The notes under the pieces were generated by a model. It was given only the letters and a program-made list of their open reading frames with translations. It did no database searches and had not been told where the DNA came from. 64,000 nt of DNA, taken from assembly GCA_051294375.1 (NCBI GenBank), contig CM119263.1, positions 15,165,374 to 15,229,373 of the forward strand, in the 5' to 3' direction. Of this stretch, positions 36,201 to 49,500 are shown one piece after another (the stretch's first letter is position 1; each line of letters starts with the position of its first letter). This DNA is from Paraspadella gotoi (Eukaryota > Animalia > Chaetognatha). The position numbers and the translations under genes were made by a program.

Positions 36201-37496
36201 CGGCTCCGTTTCAGGATTTGGGGCACGGGGGACATCGGTTGCTATCGTCATGTTTGTTTGTCCAATTCTGATTTTTTTAATGGAATTTTAGGGGAAGATA
36301 ACTGAAAAGCGAGAATAGGAATATTAGGTGGCATGGCATGGATGGCCGCTCGTTCAATTGCCACAATAGAAAATAAATATTCTGCGTGGTAAATTTAAAT
36401 TAAGCCTAAGCGAGTCGCCAAATCCGTTCTATGTATGCCGATGACAATCAGATTACACTTGCATGCAACGCCAAGGAATGGCAATAATCCGTCTAACGCC
36501 CTGGATTGAAAATGGCTCCACATCGTAAAACGTCACCCCTGCGGTTTTAAAAACGCTGGCGTCCGAACCCGAATCGAGCACCGTACAGCCCCAAACTGAC
36601 GCGACCGACACGACAACGACGACGACCCGGCATAAAAACTGAGAGACAAATGAGTGGCGTTATCCTAAACCACGACGGGGCCGTCGCGCCGCGTCGGCCG
36701 GCGGTCGGCCCGGGGCGTCGCTCGCGCCCGTCGGCGTCGTCGTCTTCGTATTTGATATTTATGAGTTTCCCCGCCCAAAGAAGAGATATCAGTTTTTCTT
36801 TCTTCTTCGTTTCTTTCGCTTTCGTTTCTTTTCATCGAAACCAAAAGAGAAAAAAAAAATGCTTTTGTTTTGGTCCCTTTTGAATCCTGATATAAATTAA
36901 TTTTTTTCCGCATATACTTTAACTGCATTTCGGCCTTTTTTTTCGGTCGCGTGCGTCGTTTCAAAACATACGAATCGCGATGGAAAGAAAGATTCCCACC
37001 GGCTTCGCGGCGCTGAGGACGTCAGTACCGGATGATATGATCTTGGATGGAAATGAAACGGGATGGGACATGCAGTTTAATGGTACGGCATTCGGATGGC
37101 ATAATGAAGGCGAATTCATTTCCTTGGCGTTCTAATCGTTTTAGTAACCATAGAGACTAACGACTCATTGTTTAGATATGCTAAAAAAAATTGGACCATG
37201 TACAAAACAGAAAATCGTGCAAACTGCTCAAATAGACATAGGTTAGCTATAGAAAAAAGGTGGAATGGTATTCTCTGAGACTTAACTCGCCATAATAGAA
37301 TTTGACATAAATGACAAAGAGAGAATTAGGGCGGAATGACTACTTCCCGGACGCCAATGACCGCAGATGTCCATGCGTCAAGTGTTGTATACTCACCTAA
37401 CCCAATCGATAACCTGCGGTTTTTGCTGTCCCAAGACCGTCCTCCACGAATTTTGTTTTTTTAGTATCTTTGTTCTTTCTCAGGGGGCGTCATGCA

Positions 37497-37556
<60 letters not shown>

Positions 37557-39420
37557 CTCTCTCTCTCTCTCGTCTCTTCGTTAATTAAAGATATCATACA
37601 AAATCGATGTACATTATTTTCATCGCCTTCCGGACGAATATATTACAGGTGTTAGTTTCTTGAGAGGAGGATTTAAATATTACATATTTATTTATTATTT
37701 AATATCTTATTATTCATAAAGTATTAATTGTTCTATTTTTATATTATTTTGAACTTATTTGTTCCCCTTTTTTTTTGTTTTTATTTGTTTTTTCTGTTTT
37801 TTTTTTTTTTTTTTTTTTTTTTTTTGGTTTGGTGAGCACTAGGAATCCAGAAGGTCAACGATTATTTTCATCTCTATTCCTTCATTTTTCTTTGCTTTTC
37901 CTTGGCCCTTTTTTCCCTTTAGTCCCTCAAGTGACTTTGGTTTATTTCCCTCATTTTCTTCCCGCGTTTCCTTCTTTCGCTTCGCTTTTCTTTCTGTTTT
38001 ACAAAAATTCAAGCCCTTGTCAAAAAATGAGAATCACTAAGCCGAGAAGTTTCTGGAAGCCAGTTGTGCCTCGTTGGAACGACGCCGACGCCGGGCGATA
38101 AACGACATGAACGTTCACAACAGACAGCACGTCGACGACGACGATGTCGAATAAGCGGCGTGGTTATGACAACCGCGGGTCGAAAGAAAAAAACAACCAG
38201 CACTAAATCCATGGGCTGAAAAAGGGAAGTAAAAAGGGATGATAGTTGGTGGAAAGATAAGTAAAGGCGATGACAAGTACAACTACTTATTTTACCCTTT
38301 ACGAATTAAAAAAAAAATTTGTTCCTTCCCCTCTTGTGCTTTCATTGTTTTAGATTGTCTTCGCTGGCCTCAGCTAAAATTTGACTTGTTTCTACTAAGC
38401 TCATGAAACCGAATATATTTTCCGAGGTCACACGTCATCGCACCCCCAGCGCCATCGGCGGGCTCAAACGCAAGAAAGACCCTTACCTTTCGGTCTCCCC
38501 GGCGTCGCGCCCGCGTCGATCGTATAATTTTCTCTTGTTTCACTTTTAAGGTTAAAAGACTAACTTTTTTAAAGACTAAGACTTTTTAAGTTTTTTTACG
38601 AGGAAGCAATCTTTGGCTTCGCTTCCTCGAGCCTGGGATTCCGGGCACTGGATTCTTCCACAACACCCCGATTGCTCTCGCCTTGTTTGGTTTTATTGCT
38701 TGTTTGTTTTAACTTCTTATTAGCCGGTCAAACGTTTCGTCGTCGCGAACATTCTTGAGAAATTACGGGAGACAAAGCGAATATCTTTCTCAGGGACGAA
38801 AGCTTTGCTTCGCAGCGGGAAGGCGGCGGCGGCGGCGGCCGGCGGCGCGGGCGGCGGCGGCGACAGCGGCGGCGGGCGGCGCCGGCGGAGCGATTCTTCG
38901 AAAGATAAGTCGCCCTTGGGGCAGACAACAATACCGGTTAAGCGGTAAGTTAAGGCATGAGGCGGAGCAGCAGGAGTACAGAGGAATGAAGGGAGGAGAA
39001 TACGGTCAGAACGAGGGGCAGGACTAGATTCTTCAAAGATTTTTTAATAAGCTCTCGAGGACAAAAGATTTTACCAATCACTGAAACATACCTAGAAAAA
39101 CTTGAAATAAAGGATCAGAGAAACATTTAAAACGAGTCCGTCTGAATCACTAAACCTTAGTTTAATTTTCTCAGTAAATCTGTCGTTGTGCCTGTCAAAA
39201 GGATCTGATCGCTTTGAAACATAAAAAAAAAAATTGAAATAATTTTTTTTTCTCGGAATCAAACTGAATGAATTATTTCTAAAAAAAAAAAAAAAATCGA
39301 TAAAAGTTTCGAATTCAAATGAAATCGCGGAAAAACAGGAAGAATAATTTTTTTAGGCAGAGATGGAAACATCCGCTGATTCCGCTCTCATAGTTTTCGA
39401 ATTCATAGAAATTTTCTCTC
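33212..39420 (+). repeat. Direct duplication 33212-35895 / 36268-39420 (probable assembly artefact)
   Basis: Colinear copies with indel-dominated differences. The 10-N gap in copy 1 corresponds to ~400 bp of sequence in copy 2. Confidence 0.92.
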
Positions 39421-39424
39421 TTCT

Positions 39425-39474
<50 letters not shown>

Positions 39475-40459
39475 CCCTTTCTCTCTCCCTTTTCTCTTAA
39501 TTTCTGCTCCGTTTGAATGGCACCACATCTAGNNNNNNNNNNNNNNNNNNNNNNNNNCATTGTTATTCAGATGCGATTTTTTTTTGTCTGTGTGTGTCTT
39601 CGTCGTCGTCTTCGTCGTCGTTTTCTTCGCCGTTGGCTTGGAAAGAAGCCATTTCGTCGACAATAGAGAAAGTAAAAATTAAAAAAAAAATTGTATAAAA
39701 GATTTTAATTGTTGTCTTAGGGAAAAAAAAATCACGAGTTTGAAAAGAAGAAAAAAAAATTCAAATCGTTTTGTATTTAAACTTTGAAGATGAAAAATCG
39801 AAACGTCGATTCGATGTTTCACGAAAAGATTGGAAGGACTGAAATGATTCCGTCGTTTCGAATCTCAGACCGACGAAAACCGTCAAGTCTCGTTTGGAGA
39901 AAAAAAAATCGAGACAAATGGGATTAATACGGATTAATTCGCCCTTTTCTCTCTCTTTTTCTTTTTCTCTGAGAGAGAGGGGGGCGAGAGTGAGACAGAG
40001 AGAGAGAGAGAGAGTGCTTATATGTAGGTCTTCTTTTAGGTTTATGGCTAATTTTCCCTCGGAACCCGTTATAAGAGTTAATAGGAGTAGGGAATAGTTA
40101 ATCGAAGGAAGTTATCGCTTTCGCATTGAAACAGATGGCTCCCGAGAAATTGCAATAGCGAAGAACCAAAAACGTCAGAATCCACTTTGCATCTTGAGTT
40201 CAATGTTTTCCAAACTTGTAAACTTAAATTTTCACCAATTTAAGTTTGTTGGAGAGTTTGATACAAGTCCGTGGAGTTCGAACCCTGTTGGTTTCCAACA
40301 AATCATCTGCAGATCATATCTGCTCATCAACCTTGAATTTCCATTAAAGTTCCCCTTAAATTAACTCAAGTTTGTTTTTCTTCTGCGGCGAAGCGAAAGA
40401 AATTAGTGACAATTTTGGGATGTAATTATCTTGAAATCCGATTCCTGTTTTGTTCTTAG

Positions 40460-40464
<5 letters not shown>

Positions 40465-40522
<58 letters not shown>

Positions 40523-43500
40523 TGTCTCGAACTTCAAAGCTATGCATGCATGATTTGGTATTTCTATTCAATGCAGGACTGCAATAGGTGTTGTTTCTAA
40601 TATTGAACTGAAATAGAAAGAAATGGCTAAAAATAATTTTCGCAAAAAAGATTGCTTTCTAGTTCTACGTTAATCTAATATCGAGTGCAACGTGGTTCCA
40701 AGTAGTTTTATGTCATAACTAATAAGCCGAGAAAACACTTCCTTAATCTGTTTGGTTATTGAGCAATATTTTACAAACTTAATTTATTCTAAATTAATAA
40801 CTTCAGGAAAATAATTTTTTTCACTTCTTTAGTCAGTTTACCAATATTCTATCAGGAGAGAAAGTGAGAAACGAGAGAGAGCGATAGAGATAATAAATCA
40901 AAGAGGAAGAGGAAGAAGATAAAAGAATCGGGGTTCACTGAGATTGGCAAAACCATTGCTGGCAAAACTGACAGTTGGGTGAGAAAAAGAAAGAGACGAT
41001 GATGATGATGATGATGATGAAAAATAAGGAGACGATGATGAAGAAAAAGCTGTGGTGGAGAGAAGTAAGGTTTTAAAAAAATGGAAAAGCAAAACGGTTG
41101 ATAACCAAAATTGATGAAGACAGATGATCAACAAAAGAAAAACCTAAAAATAAAAAAAAAATCTAAACAAAAACGTCATGAAGACTTATTTCTAAAAAAA
41201 AAGATGTGGCTGTTGGAGAGAGAGAGAAGAGAGATATCTTCTGTGAACTAAGTGAGAGTAATGTAGAATGTAGAAAAAAGGATCAATGAAAAAAAGGAAA
41301 AAAGATAAGAGATGAATATCTAATCAAACTGTTAAAAGAGCAACAGACACGAAAATAGAGACTCATTTTTGATGAATAGAAGAATAATACGAAAACCAAA
41401 AAAAGGATAAAAATGAAAAAAAAAGAAGAAAAAAATACAAAGATAAATGAAAGAATTCTCAAGGAAATAAAAAAGAAAAATATTCTTTCAAGAAAGAAAA
41501 ACAAGAAAATGAATAAAAGATGAAAACCGAAAAAACTAAGAAAAAAAGAATATAAAATTGATTTCGATTTTAGCCTAAGAAAAGTCACGAGGGAAGGCTA
41601 AGAATAATAAAAGTTGAAGAAGCGAAAGATAAAGAAAACGCGGATTTGAAGAATATTGATTCTGATTGTAATTCTTGCTTTGTTCGAGTCTTTTCAGCTT
41701 TAGGCTCCGATGGTGGATGAAGAATGAGAAAATCGCTATTCTTGAGAAACTCTACAATTCTACGCTTTCACTCATTCTAATAAAGATGGATATTTTAATA
41801 TATCTTTAACTTACCTGTTTTTAGACGATCGCATGGATTAAAAAAAAGGGTGGGTAAAGTGCAAAATTAATATCATCATTCCAGATTCGATTAATAATTG
41901 AATTTAAAGGAATCTATCGTGACAGGTTCAACGCAACAAATTCAAACAAAAGACACACGGTTCCTTGCGGCCGCGTTATAACTTCTTCGCGTTATGAAAC
42001 TGTCGAACGTGACTTGTCGGGGAAAAAAGTATCAGGAAATGAAACGGGGACGAAATCTCTCTCTCTCTCTNNNNNNNNNNNNNNNNNNNNNNNNNNNNNN
42101 NNNNNNNNNNNNNNNNNNNNNNNNNNNNNNNNNNNNNNNNNNNNNNNNNNNNNNNNNNNNNNNNNNNNNNNNNNNNNNNNNNNNNNNNNNNNNNNNNNNN
42201 NNNNNNNNNNNNNNNNNNNNNNNNNCGGGAGGCGCTGACAGTTAGACCGGAAGTCTTGCTCGAGGATTGGGTGAGGAGTGAGGCAGGCGTGAGTAGTGAT
42301 TGATTGAGTGATTGAGGAGGGAGGATCGATCGGGAAGACCTAAACTGTTAAAAACACGGAGTGAAAGAGTGTGNNNNNNNNNNNNNNNNNNNNNNNNNNN
42401 NNNNNNNNNNNNNNNNNNNNNNNNNNNNNNNNNNNNNNNNNNNNNNNNNNNNNNNNNNNNNNNNNNNNNNNNNNNNNNNNNNNNNNNNNNNNNNNNNNNN
42501 NNNNNNNNNNNNNNNNNNNNNNNNNNNNNNNNNNNNNNNNNNNNNNNNNNNNNNNNNNNNNNNNNNNNNNNNNNNNNNNNNNNNNNNNNNNNNNNNNNNN
42601 NNNNNNNNNNNNNNNNNNNNNNNNNNNNNNCGTAGACGAAGAGTCTCGTCACGTGATCTCACGAGGAGAGTCATGGGACTGATCCAGAGACTTAAATCAC
42701 TCGGCGAATGGTTTCACAATATTTTTGATCGATTGATTCGTGAAAAAATTCCCCCGACCATAAAAATTTCTCGCACTAGGCGTTTAGTCATGATAACACA
42801 GAAACGCGCCTTCAGAAGAAGGAATGTGAAAAAGCTCCTGCCCTGGATGGAATAAATAGCATCCAGAATGGTGAGAGATAAGAGAGACTGGAAAGGATTA
42901 GGATAGTAGAGATGGATTAGAAAGAAGGAACAGCGAGATCATTTTTTTTGAGAGAGAGAGAAGAGAGGAGATGCTGTCTCGAACTTCCAAAGCTATTGCA
43001 ATGCTATGATTGTATTTCTATTCAATTGCAGGACTTGCATAGGTGTTGTTTCTAATATTGAACTGGAATAGAGAAGATGATGGCTAAAATAATTTTCGCA
43101 AAAAGAATTGCTGTTCTAGTTCTACGTTAATCTAAATATCAGTTGCAACGTGGTTCATAGTAGTTTTATGCATAACTAATAAGTCCGAGAAAACAACTTC
43201 CTTAATCTGTTTGGTTATTGAGCAATATTACAAAATAATTGTATATTCTAGAATTTAGAATAATTTCAAGGATAAAATGAATTTTTTTCACTTCTTTAGT
43301 CAGATTACCAATTTTCTATCAGAGAGAGAAAGTGGAGCAAACTGAAAGACGATATGAGATTCGGATATGGATAATAATCAAAGGGAGGAGGAAAAATAAA
43401 AAGAATCGGGGAATTCTGAGAGTGGCCGAAACACCAATTGATGGCAAACCTCGATCAAGTGCGAGTGAGATAACAGTTAAAGCAGACGATCGATTGATGT

Positions 43501-46500
43501 GATGATTGATGAAAAATGAAGGAGACGAGTTGAGTGAAGAAAAAGCTGTTTGTGGAGAAGAAGTTATAGGCGTGTTTATAAAAAATGGAAACAGCAAAAA
43601 CGGTGGGATTAGGCACAAAAAATTGATATGTAGACAGTATGATCAAAAAGAAAAACCTAAAAAAATGATAAAAAAAAATAGGCGCTGCTAATAACAAATG
43701 AACGTCATGGAAGACTTATTTCTAAAAAAAAAAGATGGGCTGTTTGGAGATGAGAGGAAGAGAAGATATTCTTCTGTGAATCTAAGTTGAGTAGTTTATG
43801 TAAGAGTGTGAGAAGAAAGAAAAGGATTTCCGGAACTGATTATAGAACGGTAAGAAGTAATAAGAAGCTCACTCAAGAGATGAATAATTACTAATCAAAC
43901 TGTAAAAGAGAAACAGAACACGAAAAATAAGAGAACTCAATTTTTGAAATGAATGAATTAGAAATATAATACGGAAAAACCAAAAAAAGGATAATAAAAA
44001 TGGAAAAAAAATAAAGAAAAAGAAAAAAAAGGTAAGAAAAAATTACATAGGATAAATGAAGAATTTCTCAAGTGGAAATAAAAAGTAAAATATATTCTTT
44101 CTAAGACCAACAGGAACGAAAAACAAGAAATGAATAAAATGATGAAACCGAAAAAATCTAGAAAGAAAGGAACTATAAATTGGATTTCCGATTTTAGCCA
44201 TAAGGAAAAGTCACGAGGGAAGGCTAAGAATAATAAAAGTTTGAAAGCAAGCCGAATAATAAACACGGTTTCTTTTTCACAAAAATCGATTTTACATCCC
44301 GATCGGCATGGAGTCGGGCACAAGCGAGTGGTTTAATTGGATGTCCCGGGATACGTTTCCGAGACCTTTGGTGTACACAAAAAAAGGGTAAACAAATTTT
44401 TCCTAATATGACAGTTTTTTTATAATTATATTTAATTAGCCGTATATATAATATCAATTAAAGTATGAATTAAATAAACTTAATAATGGTTTAAATTTTT
44501 TTAAAAATGAACAGATCTCATTCCGGTCCCGTGAGAGTGGGAGTAGATCTAAATGAACAATTTTCTTACGAGTTTGAGTCCACATAAATCCAATTATTCT
44601 AAATCTTTTAATATAGATGTCAATATTTGTTTAATTAAATTATTGCTTTCATTGTTAAGAAAAATAATTATTTCTTAATTTTTTTTTCAAATAATTTAAA
44701 ATTAAAAAAGATTTACTATATACTATTTGTGTCCAAATGATTTGAAGAAAAAGTTTTCATTTATAAGGGAACTTACTCCTACCTAAATATATTAGGCTCC
44801 GTGGTTTCAGAAGTGCATATATGTAAGTTTAATTATAAGCACGTAAATGGGCTCTCTCCATTGACAAATAAGTCAAAATAAATAATGTGTTATAAAATTA
44901 TAGAATATTATTGAAAGAAGAAATTTAACTTGGAATTTTTTGTTAGCATAATAAACATATATTATTAAAATTGTTCATGATGCTCTTAATAGCTACTGGT
45001 TACAGTTGTATCATTCTCAATTATAAACATTTTATAAACTTTTTATTTTTAGTTAATACGGACTGTCTATATTTTACTTACTTTTGATCAAAAATTCAAA
45101 AAATCACGTGGTAATTTAGAAAAATTATTGTATGAAACAGACGAAAAGCTATGTTTTATTATCATATGCTTTATATGAGTAAAACTCCTCTCGCACTAGA
45201 ACTGAAAATAGTAAATATTATTCCGTTGGACAAAATTTTAGAAAAAGTTGTAAAACAGAAGGTATCCCAAAACTAGACTTTTTAAGGCCAAATTAGGTGA
45301 GTGATGTATAAAGAAACAAACTGCAAGATGCAAAGAAAGTAATAAGAAAAAAGAGAAGTTATTGTCTTGATATCTTAGTATGGAAAGAAAAAAAAAGAGG
45401 GAGCAGCAACTGGAGATGGAGAGGCGAGAGTGTCATGGTTATCAAGAAGATTAAAGCCCTAATCCATTGGGGACACTATTTCTGGTAAAGGAAGACAGTT
45501 TTATTAAGACGAATGAAAGAGTGCTAGTGAAAATCACATTTACAAGAAACCGTTTTTTCACTTTAGAACAATAAAACGAGTTTAAATGACATGAATTATA
45601 ACGAGTATATTTAGAAATATACGAAAAATATTTCCAAATTTTAAAGGCACATATTTGAAAGTTTTTTAAATATTGTTTTTCTTTTTGTACATGAAAGGGA
45701 AAGTGCTGAATTTATCATTTTAATTATCATTAAATTCTCAACTTTATAAATTTTGCTTGTATTTTTTAGCTTAAAATAAAAAAAACAAGGCAAAAATTTT
45801 GTAGTAGCTATGATAAAATGTTTTTTTTTAAATAATGAAAAATGATAAATAATATAAATATCAGCTTATATAATACAGTCTGGACGACTCTACACTTCTT
45901 TGTCTGTGAAAAACACAAAAGAAATTATTTTTCGATTATCTTTCAACTGCAAAGCAAAAAAGCGTTGAGTATTACTGCTTTGTTTATCGTAATAAAAATT
46001 TTAAAATAATTACTTAACTGCTTGACATATTTGACAAAGCAAAGACATCATTGCTGCTTGAATTGTGATTTTGCTAATATTTTCTTTTAAATACTACACA
46101 ACCTTTATAAGGCGATTTTAATTCTATTAATTTATCATCCATTTGTTAATTAAGAAAATTACACGTTGACAAGCCGGGAAAGGATTAAAAATGAAAAAAA
46201 AAGAAGACACAATGGGATACAAAGTAGGATAAATGAAAGAATTCTCAAGGAAAATAAAAAAGAAAATAGTTCTTTCAAGAAAGGATAAAACAAAAAATGA
46301 ATAAAAGACTGAACCGAAAAAACTGAAGAAAGAAAGATTATAAAAATTGAGATTTCTCGAGTACTTTAGCTTTAAGAAAAGTCACTAGGGAAGGCTAAAG
46401 TTAATAATAAAGTCTTGAAGAAGCGATAAGATAAATCGGGAGTTCGCTCTTTTTACATCGATTTAATCGGCATGGATGTGCTCACAAGAATGAGATGTCC

Positions 46501-49500
46501 CGGGATACGTTTCGGACTTTGGGCTACACAAAAAAAGGTGTAATCAAAAATTTTTTCCTAATGACAGTTTTTATTAAATTAATATTAAAATTAGCTATAT
46601 AAAATCACATAAAGTAAATTAAAAAAATAATTAATAAAATATGGTTTTGAATTTTTTTAAAAATTGAAAAGAATATCATGACCATCATCCATAATTCTAA
46701 TGAAACAATTTTCATTTCGTTTTGAGTCACTATTACCTATTGATTCCTATCCTTTAATATTTATTTGTAATTAATTTTTCTTTATTAAAATATTATTTTA
46801 TTTTTTTCAAATTAATTTTAATATTAAAAAAAAATTAGGTAACTATGACAAATGATTGAAGAAAAAATTTTTATATTAATAAGGGACTTTTACCTACAAA
46901 AAAGAAACCTAATATAGGCTCTTCAAAATACATTATATTGTGAAGATTCTATCTATAGTATGATCGTTTTGACATAGAAAAATAAATAATTTTAGTTAAA
47001 ATAACTATAGTAAATTCCATCAAAGAAATATTTAAATCTTGTGATATTTTTTTTTTAGCATAATTAAACATAATTATTATTGATTGTTCATGATGCTTTT
47101 AATATCACTTGGTCAGCAGTTGTATTCATTCTCATATATATTAATTATTATAACTTTTTTTATTTCTTATAATACTGACTGCTATATTTAATTCTTACTT
47201 TTGATCAAATCCAAAATATTACTGGTATTAATAAGTATAAGTTTATGAGACAACAGACTCAAAACTTTTTTTTAAATTCATCATTTGCTATTTAATTGTT
47301 GAACTGAGTATAATATTATCCTTGGACAAATTTAAAAGTTTAAACAATCCCAACCTAGACATTTTTAAGGTTGTCAAATGTATAAATAAGTGATATTCGA
47401 CTGCTTTGTAGGGTTTTTAAACCTTTTAATTCAGTAGCCTCTTTTAATATGACAGAAAAGCAGTAGTATTTTAAACAAGTTTTTTTTATTTGGATGTGGA
47501 GCATCAAATGTTCTACATACATTTAATAACATCAGTTATTATATTGTTAGAAAATGTATAGAGGATTCTCCTCTATATTTTTTTAATTTTTGAACATTAC
47601 GTTTTACTTTTTTCTCGCTATTCATATTTATTTTGACACGACTAGAAACGTATATTCCTATGATATACGCGTAAAGAAGCAATGTAAAAATAAATTTAAT
47701 AAAAAAATACGTACCAATAGTTGAAGTTTATATGTCTAGAACTAGATGAAAAAAAACCTTGTTTAAAAATTTGATTGGATGGAAGTGAGGGTAACAATAA
47801 GGTCACCAACGGTATCTCTCTCATGAACTGATTCGTTCTCTCTCATTAATTTATTTTTAATTTTTAATATCATTTAATTGAAAGGGAAAAAAAGAAAAAT
47901 CTCAGAATCAGGTGTCATAAAGGGTTAGAGTTAGATAAAATTCAGTGGTTACACTAGTGACTATTGAAGTTAGATACTGCAAGAGAACAATGTGACCCGT
48001 TAATGCTGTGTCGTAGACTAAACGGGTTGCCTCTAAATAATATCTATATAACCTACAAAAATGCAAATCAATATCAAACTATGCATCAGAATGAATGTAA
48101 ACTGTATTCATAGCGAATACTTATTCTCTACTTAATTTTAAACGATGCCTCTTCAGACTATATATCTACACTTGAGAAATCTAAATTCCCCTCTCTGATG
48201 CTCGAAGAAACACGAGGTCCTGGATTAAATAATTTAAAAGAAAGTGATTCATTCTCTTAAATTACAATTCAACTACAATTGATATGGTACGTTGCTTGTC
48301 AAATTTTATGCGTTCCCAAGGCAGTTAAGTTATATTTTTATATTAAAATATTAATATATCGCATCATAGTAAAGTGAAGTGACTAGTATATCAGGCTTTT
48401 GCTTTTGCAGTATAAGAAAAAGATAATAGAAAATAAATGATTTATTTTTTTTTTTCTTACAGTACAAAGTAGTGACCCGTCAGCACTGTTGTACTATCAA
48501 GCTGAATAAAAATTTTTTAATTATTTATTCATTTTCGTCTATATATTTAAAAACATTTTAAATCAAGCTACTATACTCAAAATTTTTGACTTGATGTTAT
48601 AGGTAATTATTTTAACCTCACATAACAAATTAAACAGCAGCAAATTTAAATATAAGAGGTTGTGATGAAATTCAGGATGAAATTACTAATGTAAAATCAG
48701 ACAATATATGGCCTCTTTCATATTGTGACGCAAAGAAAAACAAAAATATTTGTCACTATGGCCTTTGATTTTTGAAATTTGTAATATGCCAAAATACTGA
48801 TAATATACTTTTAATCTCGTATATTTAAATTAAGCAATACGTGTGAAATATGAAGATTTTTTATGGATATTTAAAACCTGTTAATAAATCTGTTCTAGAA
48901 TATTGTTGTCCTCCATGGATCTAGGGCTCTCCAATTGATTACCACACCCACCTTGCTCCTCCCCAAGATAATTCATGACCCAAAGAAGTTTTATTAACTT
49001 TTGCAACCAGTTTTTTAACAACCTAACTTTTGGCTTATAATATGTCGAGGTGGAAAATTAAATTTGCTAAGGATATTTATTAATAACTCTCTCCACAAAA
49101 ATAATGTGCACCATTTAAACAAAAAAAGGCGGTTAATTTCTCTTCCGACAGTCTGCATGGGTTACCATATATTACTACATCAACCTCGAAGTAATTTTTG
49201 GATTTTGTCTCAAAAGTTTGAACAGTACAAATAATATATAGTCAGTCAGATATATACTAACCAATGTAAAAGCGAAAAAGGTAATCAAAAATATTAATTA
49301 TAAAGTTAACAGTCGAATATTCTGAGATCAGCCGCTACCAGTAAGCTCGATTATAAAAAGAGAATACCAAACTGGACAGATAAAAAAAATTACCCTCCGT
49401 GATTTGTATCTGGTAATGGTAACAAAAACCAAAGCTATCAATTTTTTCAATATTTAATTATTTGTAACATTATTTATGTTCCAATACTATCAAAACTTAC

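Noticed and set aside
40271-40300. GTTCGAACCC B-box as tRNA or SINE
   Set aside because: No A-box or cloverleaf.
44515-44550. Hairpin agatct...agatct as Helitron-like terminus
   Set aside because: Not reproduced in the duplicate copy near 46670; no CTAG end.
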